Assembly (NCBI GenBank): GCA_010909165.1
Contig: MU008155.1
Location: 2,232,001-2,296,000, forward strand
Length of the DNA stretch: 64,000 nucleotides
Reading direction: 5' to 3'
Origin: Anthoceros angustus
Lineage: Eukaryota; Plantae; Anthocerotophyta
Shown here: positions 34,341 to 46,650 of the stretch, piece by piece
Numbering within the stretch: the first letter of the stretch is position 1
Layout of the letters: the number at the start of each line of letters is the position of its first letter
The notes under the pieces: generated by a model
What the model was told of the DNA's origin: nothing
The model's database searches: none
Seen by the model: only the letters and a program-made list of their open reading frames with translations
Made by a program: the position numbers and the translations under genes

Positions 34341-35905
34341 GACAACGCGCCACACTACGGCCCGACAGCTCAGGCCCTGTAGGCGCTCTGTTCTCGAAGT
34401 CTGAGCCGATGAGGTCCGTAATGGTGCGGGATGAGGTCCTGGCCAATGGGGGTGCAGGGGCAGCAGCCAGGGAGTCCAGGACTGCGACACCCGGGCCCTG
34501 CACAAGCATGGATGCGTCTAGGGTTAGGATGGAACTCAGGTAGGAAATGTTCCTCATTTTATTATGAAGACCCTTGGCCTTTACATTGCCTCCGCTGTAA
34601 ATTCTTTCATATGTTTACACGTTACAAAGTATGAGTAGGCTATATGATGGTGTCTTGTTTTTGTACACTTGTGGCCCCAATCGCACAAACAAGCCTTCGT
34701 GCTCTCTTGATGGCCTACTGTGTGTTTCGATTAACATGCTTCAACCATCTCTTGTTGAATTGAGGCAAAGGAGAGTGCGTTGGAAACCTCTCTCATTGGA
34801 TATCATCATTCTTTATTTTTTGGAATTAAAAAGATCTAAATCAAAGTAAAATCTATTTAAATTAATTTTTAATTATTTTTTGTCCAAAAAATAGTTTAGA
34901 ACATTCCGAGCTTTTTGGGGTTCACACAGGAAGTTGAATGGCCATAATAGTTTTAGTTATGAGTGATTGTGTCCAACATAAATTCTATCAATTAACAATC
35001 ATTACTTAACATTGATTTGTTTTGTAACAAGTAGCCTTTACAAGTTCTCTATGTACAAATAGAATGTATCTTCTTTTGTTTGGTTCCGTAGTCCTAAGTT
35101 TTAGTTTGGGTCCATAGTTCAACTGACAACGCGCCACACTACGGCCCGACAGCTCAGGCCCTGTAGGCGCTCTGTTCTCGAAGTCTGAGCCGATGAGGTC
35201 CGTAATGGTGCGGGATGAGGTCCTGGCCAATGGGGTGCAGGGCAGCAGCCAGGAGTCCAGGACTGCGACACCTGGCCCTGCACAAGCATGGATGCGTCTA
35301 GGGTTAGGATGGAACTCAGGTAGGAAATGTTCCTCATTTTATTATGAAGACCCTTGGCCTTTACATTGCCTCCGCTGTAAATTCTTTCATATGTTTACAC
35401 GTTACAAAGTATGAGTAGGCTATATGATGGTGTCTTGTTTTTGTACACTTGTGGCCCCAATCGCACAAACAAGCCTTCGTGCTCTCTTGATGGCCTACTG
35501 TGTGTTTCGATTAACATGCTTCAACCATCTCTTGTTGAATTGAGGCAAAGGAGAGTGCGTTGGAAACCTCTCTCATTGGATATCATCATTCTTTATTTTT
35601 TGGAATTAAAAAGATCTAAATCAAAGTAAAATCTATTTAAATTAATTTTTAATTATTTTTTGTCCAAAAAATAGTTTAGAACATTCCGAGCTTTTTGGGG
35701 TTCACACAGGAAGTTGAATGGCCATAATAGTTTTAGTTATGAGTGATTGTGTCCAACATAAATTCTATCAATTAACAATCATTACTTAACATTGATTTGT
35801 TTTTGTAACAAGTAGCCTTTACAAGTTCTCTATGTACAAATAGAATGTATCTTCTTTTGTTTGGTTCCGTAGTCCTAAGTTTTTAGTTTGGGTCCATAGT
35901 TCAAC
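34341..35905. repeat. ~780 bp tandem duplication (34341-35123 and 35125-35905)
   Basis: The copies are near-identical; the second has shortened G/C homopolymers near its start. Confidence 0.92.
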
Positions 35906-35917
35906 GGACGAACGCCG

Positions 35918-36240
35918 TGTAGACCACCGGATGAACCCCATTCTGGCAAAAATTGAAGGGATATGCAAATTGCCAATTGAGCCAGGGTGGGACGAATCCC
36001 ACGTAGGTCACCGGATGAACCCCATTTTGGCAAAACTGAAGGGATATGTAAGTTGCCAATGGAGCCTAGGTGGGACCAATCCTATGTAGGTCACTGGTTG
36101 AACCCCATTCTAGCAAAACTGAAGGGATATGTAAATTGCCAATTGAGCCTAGGTGGGTTCACAATTTCTTTTTTCTTTCTTTTTTTTCCGGAAAATTTGT
36201 AGGGATATGTGAAATGCCAATTGACCCTAGGTGGGTCCAT
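35918..36240. repeat. ~84 bp tandem repeat, 3 copies plus a partial
   Basis: GTAGGTCACCGGATGAACCCCATT...GAAGGGATATG units start at ~35919, 36003 and 36086. Confidence 0.85.
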
Positions 36241-37217
36241 AGCTTCTTTTTTCTTTTCTTTTTTGTCTGAAAAAAATCTAGAAATCATCCTAGTAATCTG
36301 GGAGCGCCAGCGTCCCTTATGCGAGATCTAAAGCACGAGATTACCGTTTTGATAATGATAATGACAATGAGCCTAGGTGGATCAACAATTGAACAAAATT
36401 GAGTAGCGACTCCAATAGTGATCTAATTCATTGGTCATGGCATCCGCACTAACCTTGAGTAAAGATGGGCGCTTCACATTGTCCATCAATATCGTTGTCG
36501 TAAAAAGATGTCCATCAAGACAAGGCTTGTTTAGAAGTGAAGTAATCTCTTAACCACGAGACTTGCTTAGAAGCGAAGTGATCTCAGAGAGAGTAGAAAC
36601 TGTTAAATCTATGTACCTAGACCGAACGTTATGGATCATGGCCAATGAACTTTACTAGGTACATCTAGAGGATAGAGGTGGCTAAGTTGTTAAAACTATC
36701 TACCTAGACTAAATATTATGTACATATAGAGCATAGGGGGCGGCCAAGTAGGAGGAAGAAGTTGGGAAGATATGAGCCGATCAAAAATAGAAGAAGAAGA
36801 AGAATTGGATACTAGAGCATTTAACTTGTAGGAGCTCATCTTGGATAGGTAGCTTTTTTTGTCGTATCCAATTATGTGAGATGGGACTTTACATGCAACA
36901 AAGATTTTGGATATTTCATTTTATTTTATTCATTTGACTATAAGTACGCCTACTACCGCTCTGGGCTGCGTCCCTTAACCTACCTCCAACCGTGCCTATC
37001 TAATACTTTAACTTCCGTGTCAAAATATACTTTTATCAGTTCGGTCTCAACTATTTAGAAGGATGTATGGTTCACTTAGGATCGCGGTTCGACTTTGAAT
37101 TAAACCATGCATGCCACCTCAGCCAATTGTATGCCACATATGATTATGTCTATACCATGTTTCGTTCAATTTGGTTTGCGATGTGGTCAATTGTTAACCC
37201 AATTGGTGCTCAACTAT

Positions 37218-37545
37218 GTCTAAACCGCCAGAGTAGTAGTGTCCTTGAGATTGTTTTATCAATCAACATTGTTCCGTTGGCTTGGTCAGTCTAAACCGCC
37301 AGAGTAGTAGTGTCTTTGAGATTGTTTTATCAATCAACATTGTTCCGTTGGCTTGATCAGTCTAAACGGCCAGAGTAGTAGTGTCCTTGAGATTGTTTTA
37401 TCAATCAACATTGTTCCGTTGGCTTGGTCAGAAGCCATCGCGCCTCCTTCAAACTGAACCGCCAGAGTAGTAGTGTCCTTGAGATTGTTTTATCCATCAA
37501 CATTGTTCTGTTGGCTTGGTCAGAGGCCATCGCGTCTCCTTCAAA
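37218..37545. repeat. ~71 bp tandem repeat x4 (AACCGCCAGAGTAGTAGTGTCCTTGAGATTG...)
   Basis: Directly visible. Confidence 0.9.
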
Positions 37546-38026
37546 CTAATAGGTAGCAGTGCAACACATGAAACAATGGCAAATACACTGGTAGCTGACA
37601 TTACCCCATGCATCGACAATCAGAATTGCTCACGCCGCGATCTCATCACAGGCATCACTCTTGACTGGAGCAACATCAAGTTCAATCTTGGCTTTGCCTT
37701 AGCTTACATACCACATGCACCCGCATTTGTTGCTGTAAACTTAGGTTCTCATTGAGGATCACCAAAAGTTAGCTTCTCACCTAAACACTACCTTCTTTTT
37801 AAAGTTAGCTTCTCACTAATATTAAAACAATACTCTTACATTATAATAAAAATTAATCAATTATATACTTTTTATTATTTTATTTTATATACTTACTCTA
37901 TAAATCATAGTTTTGAATATGTCTTTACTTCATTTCGCATAGTCTTGGATACTAGAACATTTGACTTGTAGTTGTTACAAGTCAAACGTTCTTGTATCAT
38001 CTGACTTGCTAGTCATCATATTATAG

Positions 38027-38203
38027 TTAAGTCCACTAAGGACGGGTTTCCGTCATGGGACTTGGTACTTAACAACTTGTACCATGGTGTGCCTAAGCTA
38101 CTTGCACCAAGGGCATCCACTCCCTTTAGGCACCCTATCTAAGTACCGATCCAAGCTCAGGATACTTAATCACGGCGTTCTTATAAATGTGTGTCCATTT
38201 GGC
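38027..38203 (+). repeat. Dispersed structured repeat, inverted relative to the copy at 63140-63299
   Basis: TTAAGTCCACTAAGGACGG...TAAGTACCGAT is the reverse complement of 63177-63299 with few substitutions. Confidence 0.85.
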
Positions 38204-39332
38204 CTAGGCCATTTGGATAGGAACAATGAGTGGGGGAGTGAGAAAAATTGGAAGAGGGTAGGGTTGTGTGTCACCACACTATAAACGACGAACAAGGGGG
38301 GTCACGCCAAATTGCAATTCGAATAGCAGGTAATAGTAACTAAAAATGGCAGAGAATATGGGTGGTAGCACATGGGCGGGAGTGGTGCACTGTGCGCGTG
38401 CTGGTGGACGCGTTACAGTGCATCGTGCGTTCTTGGTTGGCCTGCCCGTTGCTCTTGAACTGCTCGTTTCCGTGACTGTTGACCCTTTGGCGCAGCCGCT
38501 GTCTTGGTGACGCAGGCTGCTTGTCTTGGACCGCGAAGCAGCTGCGAAGGCCCAAAGCGGAAGGCGGAAGGCGGAAGGCGGAAGGCGGCAGGCGGAAGGC
38601 GGAAGACAGTAGGAGGTAGGAGGCAGCAGGTAGCAGGTGAGGTGACGCCTCATGACTCTGAGCAGATGCAGGCGCAGGTGCTGTGTTGACACGGAGTTGC
38701 CTGCTACAGCCGCCTTCTTCCTTCCTCCTGCCTTGAACGATCCTCCTCTCGCTTCGGCCCGCTCCTTCCCCTGCTCCTTCCGCCCGCCAACCTCCCCTCC
38801 CTCCCCTGCTCCTGCTCCTGCTGAACTGAATGGTTGCGATCTTGTCATTTCTGCCTGGCTGCGCGGCGGGTTGGTGGCGCCGCTCTCCCTTGCTCTGATC
38901 TTCCGCGTGCCGGCTCGGGCTTGCCTTATTTCCCTTCCCCGGGCTTCTCTGACACTTGTCCGCACGCCTGCCTCGGACCTTGGTTGCTCCGTGCATTGAA
39001 AATTCCCGGCTGCTGGTCATCTCAGTGGGGTGTGTGAGCTGCCGGTGCATGGAATTCGGGTGCTGGGCACTGGACATCTAGCGCTGCGATGTGCGGCCGG
39101 CGTGGGGAATTTGGGCATCGGCATCGGCATCGGCTGCGGCTGCGGCTGCGGAGGCGTGGTTGAAGGATCCCGGCGTGATTGTGGGTGATCATCCCGGGTA
39201 CAGTAAGGGGGATTTGGAGTGGGATACAGGTTTTGGAGTGGGATTCTGAGGCTGTTTGAAGTGGTGGGTCTTTCGATCGGTGGGAGAGTCCGGGAGTGGA
39301 GTGGAGTGGAGGAGAGGAGAGGAGAGGAGAGG

Positions 39333-40358
39333 ATGGACACGCCGCCTCCGCCTGCCCGGGATTTGATGTACCAGGCTATGGGGACTATGAACGGGAAGAT
39401 GCTGGTGGTGGCGGTGGTGGTGCTGGTTGGGGTCATTTTGTTGATCCTGGCCATGCATCTGTACGCGAAGTGGATGTGGAGGGGGGTGGCAGCGAGGCAA
39501 ATTTCGCTGAGGAGGCGGCGGTTTGCGGTGCCGGATGCGTCGCTGGCGACGCCGGTGTTGGGCGGGTTGGACAGGGCCACAATTGAGGCCTTTCCGACCT
39601 TCAAGTACTCGGCGAGTGAGCACAAGGGGGAGCAGGCGGTGTCCGAGTGTGCGGTGTGTTTGTGCGAGTTTGAGGAGGGGGAGGCGGGGCGGCTGCTGCC
39701 CAAGTGCAACCACGGGTTTCATGCCGATTGCATCGACATGTGGCTGTATACGCACAGTACCTGTCCGGTGTGCAGGGATCCGCTGGGGGCGGCAGGGACA
39801 GGGGAGAATTTGAATGAGGGTTCGGGTCTTCCTGACATCACTATTGTGGGAGGAGGATCGCCCAGGGCATCCGGGAGCCACACCCATGCCTCGGTGTTGC
39901 TGCATCTGAACCAGCTGGCCAGCTTTAATGAGCGGCAGGCGGAGACCGCTGCCAGGGCTGTGCAGTTTCCCAACAACGTGTTGTTTTGGGGGAATCAGTC
40001 GCAGTGCAATGCGCAGACCAATTCTGCCTCATCCACTGGGGTGGCGCCAGCAGTTGCATCGTCATCTCCGGCGTCCATGGCTCGGGAGCACTTGTCCATT
40101 GACATTCCTCAGAGACCTCATCCTGCTGCCATCTTGCTTGGTACACCAGGGGCTCTGGATGACGTAGCTGGGTCACCAGGGAAAAATTCATCGAGTTCTG
40201 GGCCTCAGCTTACTCCCGCCACTGGTAGGCTGTCCAGCCTGCGAAGGTTACTGAGCAGGGAGAGGACTCCGAAGCCTGCTGCTGCCTCTTCTGAACTATC
40301 TACGGGGGAGGATATCGAGCAGGGCTCTGCTTACTGCGTGCAGCAGGCTCCTCAATGA
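39333..40358 (+). CDS. ATL-family RING-H2 E3 ubiquitin ligase, intronless
   Basis: N-terminal TM segment, basic region, GLD motif (GGLDRATIEAFP), CAVCLCEF...CNHGFHADCIDMWL..HSTCPVCR and FPNNVLFWG. Confidence 0.93.
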   Translation: MDTPPPPARDLMYQAMGTMNGKMLVVAVVVLVGVILLILAMHLYAKWMWRGVAARQISLRRRRFAVPDASLATPVLGGLDRATIEAFPTFKYSASEHKGEQAVSECAVCLCEFEEGEAGRLLPKCNHGFHADCIDMWLYTHSTCPVCRDPLGAAGTGENLNEGSGLPDITIVGGGSPRASGSHTHASVLLHLNQLASFNERQAETAARAVQFPNNVLFWGNQSQCNAQTNSASSTGVAPAVASSSPASMAREHLSIDIPQRPHPAAILLGTPGALDDVAGSPGKNSSSSGPQLTPATGRLSSLRRLLSRERTPKPAAASSELSTGEDIEQGSAYCVQQAPQ

Positions 40359-40520
40359 CAGGAGCTGGCAGGCTGTGGCTGTCCAGCCTGCGAAGGTTAC
40401 TGAGCAGGGGGGAGGACTCCGAAGCCTGCTGCTGCCTCTGCAGAGTCTTTCACCCGCGAGGATGTTGAGCAGGGCTCTACTTGCTGCGTGCAACAGGCTC
40501 CCCAATCACAGGAGCAGGCA
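40222..40520 (+). repeat. Diverged ~145 bp tandem duplication of the ATL 3' end into the 3' UTR
   Basis: GGCTGTCCAGCCTGCGAAGGTTACTGAGCAGGG occurs at ~40228 and ~40377, with multiple substitutions between copies. Confidence 0.85.
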
Positions 40521-41695
40521 CATCAGTCCGGACAATCTCAAGTCTGGCGAATCATTTTTGCACCATCGATTCTCTTGTCTGCAAGTGAAGGTGGTGTCCT
40601 GGGCAGCACCTAAGCATTTGGCTTTGTAGATAAAAAGCATGTATAGGAAGTAGGACAGGACACAATAGGTACGAGGGTACTTCCATTCTATTCATTCCTT
40701 CTGAATCGTTCGAAGGTCCTTTGCTGTACATACTCTCATACCATTATGTTGAGAGAAAAGCTATTGAGGGAGAACGCTGATGGCAGGAAACACGTTTGTC
40801 TGCATTCTAGCAATATACTGCACACGACCCGGTTGTGGGTGGAGGTAGCTCGACTGGTCGCTCAACTTCACAAATTGTGAAGAACATACCTTTTAGACTG
40901 CTGAAGCATGTACGGTGAGATAAACGGTTCAACAAACATATAGAAATCTGTTCAATACACTTTTTTACCGCAAAACATTTAGATACTTGTTCAAAACACT
41001 TACTTACGACGAAGGGATTCAAAAGTTTGAGAGCATGTATCCACAAGGACTTTGCCACCTCTGCCAAGCAAGGGGATCTTGTAGGACTACAATAATTGCT
41101 GGCGTCCAAGAGTCCGAACTCGTGAGCGTTGTTGGTAGGAGATTCCTGCAAAAAGACGCCACCGCAAGGCGCAGGAATGACCCTGGAAGCAGGACACGAC
41201 GTTTACGTGTACCTGCTGTCAATTCTCGGTTAAAAAAGTCCCTTCAAGGCTTGGAGGCATGGATGATGGAGTCCCTTCAAAGCTTCTTGGGCATTCGAGA
41301 GCTCGACAGCATTGACTTTGCAGGCTTCAAGCTCGTGGCCATGACAGAGTAACACCATGAACATGTTACCTCACCTAGTCCCTATAAGTTCGACACACAG
41401 TTACTGTAGTTCCCTTCCATTGTGTAGCTGTCACACGTCAACAATGGTAGCCAGTACATCAAAGTATGAATGAAGATGATACATAAAGCTAGCTCGCAAC
41501 TTCGAACATACCAAAGCCCAGGGGAAAACCGCCAAACCAATGTTACCATACAAAAGAATACTTTTCTCTCACAGCTGAAACCTTTGAAATACAGCCATCA
41601 TCTTCTTGAGATGCTAGCATGTTCCAATCCCACATTTCGTGTGAAAGACAGATCTAAATGTGATAGACGAGCAGCACAGTCCACAGCACCTCCCT

Positions 41696-42772
41696 TTAGT
41701 GTGCAACACTTGAGCTAGTGACCGGGTTATTCCTATTCCAAGACAGGTAACTGGTGTCCCCAAGGTGCCTAGGGTTTCTGAGATGGGCAATGAAGAAGAC
41801 GGCCGCGAAAAGCACAGAAATGCATCCAACAGAGAGGTAAGCAATCCCCAAAAAGTCATTCTTGCCTCCCAGCCAGCTCGTAGTTGACAGCACCAACTTC
41901 TTGCGCCCGTTAAACGTGTAGGTGTTGTACTGATTGACAATATTGGCAACCATAACATCCCCCTCGTTTAGGTCTCTCTCGATTCTGCCCCACAGCTTCC
42001 TGAAAGTTGGCAAAGCAGCTGTTCTCATCCAGACAATCAAGTGCTCCTGGTCTTTCAGAGGAATACTCTCGTTCAACCTGCCTCCCCCAACAAAGTTGTT
42101 CGCCATATCAGGATAGTTGTTGGGAAAATTTCTGGGCAGAACGTTCCCAAACTTGGAATCTCGGTCACTCTTCCAAGCAATCCCATTCTCGTTCACAGGC
42201 ACATCCTCCCCGCCGATTTGGAACGTGTACGAGTCGTTGAAGAGACTCCAGGCAATCAGGCCACAAGGCACAATGGCCGAGCCGTTGGCGAGAGTATCCT
42301 CCGGCTTGCAGTTACTAACATCAGAGTCCTTGGATCCCCGCAGCTGCGTGTCACTCCTGCTCTTCACATACCGCCGATGGTTTTGATAGAAGTTGTCCAG
42401 CTCGTAGTACACGTAGACGGGAGCCGACATCTTCTTCGGCACCGTGAGCTGGCGGGCGCAGTTCCGCGGCTGGATGCTGCTCTGAGCCCATGCCACCTTC
42501 TGGGCCTTGGTGGTGACGTTGACAGGCAGGCACACCGTCTCATACTGCTCCACCACCTCCACCACATTCCTGGACGCCAGCAGCGCCGCCACCCCGATGG
42601 GAATGAAGATGAACCCGATTGCCAGGAAGATGGACATCACCAACCCCGGGGTGAGCAGGGGCTTGCATGCTGGCAGCTCCTGCTGCGTGAACTTGGAGTA
42701 CTTGGGCTTCTTGGAGTCCTTCTTCGGCTGCGCGCCCACGGAATTGGACGTGCTCGCCCCGTTGCTGTTCAT
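41696..42772 (-). CDS. ALIS: ALA-interacting subunit (CDC50/LEM3 family, P4-ATPase beta subunit), intronless CDS
   Basis: KKPKYSKFTQQELPACKP, YYELDNFYQNHRRYVKSR, PCGLIAWSLFND, IVWMRTAALPTFRKLWG and STTSWLGGKNDFLG, plus two TM segments. Confidence 0.95.
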   Translation of the reverse strand: MNSNGASTSNSVGAQPKKDSKKPKYSKFTQQELPACKPLLTPGLVMSIFLAIGFIFIPIGVAALLASRNVVEVVEQYETVCLPVNVTTKAQKVAWAQSSIQPRNCARQLTVPKKMSAPVYVYYELDNFYQNHRRYVKSRSDTQLRGSKDSDVSNCKPEDTLANGSAIVPCGLIAWSLFNDSYTFQIGGEDVPVNENGIAWKSDRDSKFGNVLPRNFPNNYPDMANNFVGGGRLNESIPLKDQEHLIVWMRTAALPTFRKLWGRIERDLNEGDVMVANIVNQYNTYTFNGRKKLVLSTTSWLGGKNDFLGIAYLSVGCISVLFAAVFFIAHLRNPRHLGDTSYLSWNRNNPVTSSSVAH

Positions 42773-43366
42773 GGCTGCTGAATACAACCGCTCCCCTCCG
42801 ATGCCTGTCTGTCTGTCTGTCTGTCTCTGCCTGATCCAAAGTTCAAAAGCAGCCTCCAGAAGGACAAAACTCTGCACAGGCTCGCAGCTCCGGAGCTCGG
42901 CTCTCAGCCTCCTCAGGACCCCCACGCCTTCTTCACCCTCGGCTCACGAGATCACGGTAGAAACGAGGCCAACGGCAACGCGCATAGACATGCGCCTAAG
43001 GCAGATTCCCGCGAACGAGGTCAAAAGTCTCGCTGGACCAGCCAGCGCGTCGCACCGCACCTTCCTCGCCTCGTTTCCTCTCTTTCCCCTCAATTGCTGC
43101 ATTACATCCCATTTTCCTATTACGGCTCCATTACGGAGCGATCACGTCGTCACGCCAGATGTAGAACGCAGTTCGAAGATCAATTCTCTCTCAACCCGTA
43201 CCGAGCATTCCAATTTTCCATGCCCTTAGTCCAATAAAGAAAGGCATTGACACAGCTACAGACGGCATCGACTCCGGAGCAGGTTCTAGGAATGTTCCAC
43301 CACCTACTGGGAAGGGAAGGGAAGATGGGAGAGGGCAAAATCTGAGATTGTTCAGGACTCGGGACT

Positions 43367-45129
43367 CTACTCCACTTCCGCCAGATAATCATCCACCTCT
43401 GCTGGTGTCAGCACCCTGCAAGGTGGCACCAAGATTGACGGGAGTGAGGAAAAAGGAAGAGACCCCGTGAGACTGCCCACGCACAAGAGCAACATATCTG
43501 ACCTGAATTTCCTGTCCTTGCCCACTATCCCGATCTCGATGTTCTTGCCCGATATTTGGCCCTCGAACCTGTTTCAATCAACACACACAGACGAGTCTCC
43601 CGTGAGTGGAATGGCAGCATGCGACTGGAAAAGTGTGCATGGGGACAATTCAGTGGGCCAGCAACAGAGTCCACGACCTACTAACCCTTCTTTGAGTGTC
43701 AGGATTGCTGTGTGCACTGCATCCTCAAGTTCGATATCGTCTGTGTACCTGCCACCATATGCAGACACAGTTTAATGACCTCACACGTCGGACACAGGTA
43801 GTACAGCATGATCTCCTCATGCTGGACTGTGTGCAAACCGAGGAAGCTCGCTGAAAGGGCATACCTCTTCTCCAAGAAGGTCTTGGCATTTGAAACATTC
43901 TTGCCTATTGCTGAAGCCTTCCAAGGGAAGTATGAGCCGGATGGATCAACCTGATGATCTCCACGACATTAGCATCAGCATCAAGCCTACAAGCAAATGC
44001 CTCTGTGCAGCCTGTTTGAAACAACAAACTGCAATTGTAAACACCTGGTAGAGCTGGGGACCATTGTCGTCATAGCCAGCGACGAGCAATGACACACCAA
44101 AGGGTCTCACACCTCTACAAAGCAGTCATATACAGCTTTTTAGCAGCCAGCAAAATACCCGCCCTAATCACAGTCCAGGGACGGATGGCCAAGACCAGGA
44201 CTGTTGGTAACAACATCTTGCATGAGAGCAGCAAAGGTCAACTACAGTACCCCGATTGAGTGAACTCCTGCATGACCATGGCGGTTTCTCTTACTAGTTG
44301 AGATACAGGGATTTGTTCCTGACAGCATACCACCATATGGGAAACCAAAGATGAAAACTCGGCAATCATCAAGAGCGAGCTTGGAGAGGGCAATCCATAA
44401 TATCAATTGAGGGCAAACCTGATAAAGCCGATGGTAGGCTATGGCTTGCTTCCGACTCTTGCGAACAAGGACTCGAGAATCAGGACCCATGCCACTGTGC
44501 ATGGAAAACTTAGGTAGGTTAGAGCTGAAGACTGCATGCATTGCAATGGGATCACCACACTGGCTCCCCACCTGTACGCAACCCCGATGTTAGGTGTAAT
44601 GGATTGAATCTTCTGAACCTGCATCACGGATATCAGCCACCAGCATTGGTGTATCAGAAACTGTTGGCATCTAATGACCTAACCAGCGGTACAGAACCAC
44701 CGCAAACAAATGAAAGAGCCATCTCAATGCCTCATACCGAGGTTTCGTCCACCAAAATGGGTGGCAGCTTCTTCTCAGTCGCAATTACAACTCCATTGGT
44801 AGCTGCAACCCCACACAAAGCCCGCAGTTACAACCAGCTGCAACTTCATAACACCGACAAGGTGCAATCTCTCGATGCAACAAAACCTAAAATTCTACCT
44901 CTGATGCCAAGCGAGGTCTGTCCAGCTCCCACAGCCATGAGTGCATACTCGATCTGCACCAATTTTCCCTGCGGACTGCCATGCCAGAGCGCAAGCACCA
45001 GAACAAAATTAGGCACAGAACCTTCAGAAAAGCGAGTATGTCGTGGCATCAACTCAAACCCCACAGCTCTAGGAACAGAGAGGCTGACCTGAATGTCGTC
45101 AAGGAGAAGGAGTATTGGCGATCTCCCAT
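43367..45129 (-). CDS. PAB1: 20S proteasome subunit alpha type-2, multi-exon
   Basis: [26 protein letters not shown]...[15 protein letters not shown]...[17 protein letters not shown]...[12 protein letters not shown]...[15 protein letters not shown] across short GT-AG introns. Confidence 0.95.
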
Positions 45130-45514
45130 GATTCCTCTACTACGATTGCGGACGCTCCTTTCTTTGAAGCAGCAACGCGGGCGTCGGTCACAAGCAAGCC
45201 GGAAAGATTAATTGGCAAACCCCTCGAAAAAAATATTACTGGGGCTTCTCTAAGCGACCTTTCTTTCTTGTTCAGTCCCTGGTCCAACTCAGCGTCCTCC
45301 CGCGACCCAATGGCAGTGTGGACCGTGGGAATGGAGTCTGGAGAAAGGCGAGAGGACTTGATGACTTTACGGTTTTGGTCGATTCAGCTAGGAGCTAGCT
45401 TGTTGGGTATGTTAGAAATAGCTCGCGCTCGGCTGACATCAAGGAAGGGACCAGCAATTGTCTTTGAATCAAGCCATGAGCTGCAGCGCCTTTACAGCCC
45501 GGGTTGATGGGGTT

Positions 45515-46650
45515 GCGAAGAGTGGCAGCTTGGAAGATGCCCAAACATTATTTGACAGACTCGGGGAGAGGATGTGGAATGCCATGATAGCAGCTGGGTG
45601 TTTGCAAAAGGGCATGGGCCATGTACCTGTTCTTCTCGACCTTGTTATGAGGGAATCTCTCTACCCAGCTTTGCGGCACTTGGTGTGCCTCCTCCTGGTA
45701 TGTGCAAGTGTATGCACCCCAGCTTTGGACATACGGAAAGCAGCTTCATGTGCAAATAAGAGAACTGCGACTTAAGATCTGATATGTTGTAGGCAGCAGA
45801 TTGGTGAGCATGCAAGCAAAGTGTGGCAGCTTGGAGGATGCTCAGCGAGTGTTTAACGGACTTGGTCAAACAAATATAGTGACGTAGACTGCTCTTGTCG
45901 CAGGGAATTCGCAGCAGGACACAAGGGCCAGAAGCCTTTAGCCTCTAAGCTTTTGTGCAATTAGCAGGTACCGGTGTACACAAGACCCTGATATTTGTGG
46001 GCATCCTGCAGGCATGTGCAAATAAGGCAGCTGTGCATCTGGGAAGGCAGCTACATGTATAGATCCAAGAACAGGGGTCTTCAAGATGTACCCGCAGGAA
46101 GCGGTTTGATAGACATCGGAGCATGGTTGATGCACAGGAGGTGTTTAATGCATTGCTCAAAAGGGGCACCTTGAATGCACTGATTGCAAGCCACACATTT
46201 CGAGGTGTGTCATTTAGAAGGTAGACTTTTGAGTCTGAAATTAAGCGAGGATGGCATACACCCAGTTGGCATTGCAATTCCAAGCGTACCAACAATGTCC
46301 AGTCATGCGGGTCTAGTGATCTCCGTGGGAGCGGGGGTATTGTGTGGCCATGAGCTCTCACTTTGGCATAACTCCATCAGAGTGGTCCACCACACATGCA
46401 TGGTGGATCTGCTTATTTGTGCAGGACAACTGGTTGAGGCACAAGCTTTATCAAGAACGATGTCCCTCAGTTTGGCACACTCTATTGGGTGCTTGTCGGA
46501 ATGAGGAGCGATGAGGACGTGAGACGCTTTGGTTCCGAACAAGCAGCAAAGAAAGGTCCACACAGTACGTGTTGACGTTGAGTAATGACACTGATGCCCT
46601 TTTGTGGGAGGAGCCACAGAAGTTGCAACCTAGGAGAGAGAAAAAGGGCA
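45515..46650 (+). pseudogene. Heavily degenerate PLS-E PPR pseudogene of the same clade as the 11.7-20.5 kb pair
   Basis: Fragments AKSGSLEDAQTLFD, WNAMIAAG, AKCGSLEDAQRVF and HHTCMVDLLICAGQL, with many frameshifts and stops. Confidence 0.85.

Noticed and set aside
33263-37545. Regular 60-85 bp arrays as possible CRISPR
   Set aside because: Whole units repeat with no unique spacers, there are no cas genes, and the context is eukaryotic.
38279-39077. Minus-strand ORFs of 228-245 aa
   Set aside because: Low-complexity (GCGGAAG)n and GC-rich leader of the ATL gene; no domain signal.
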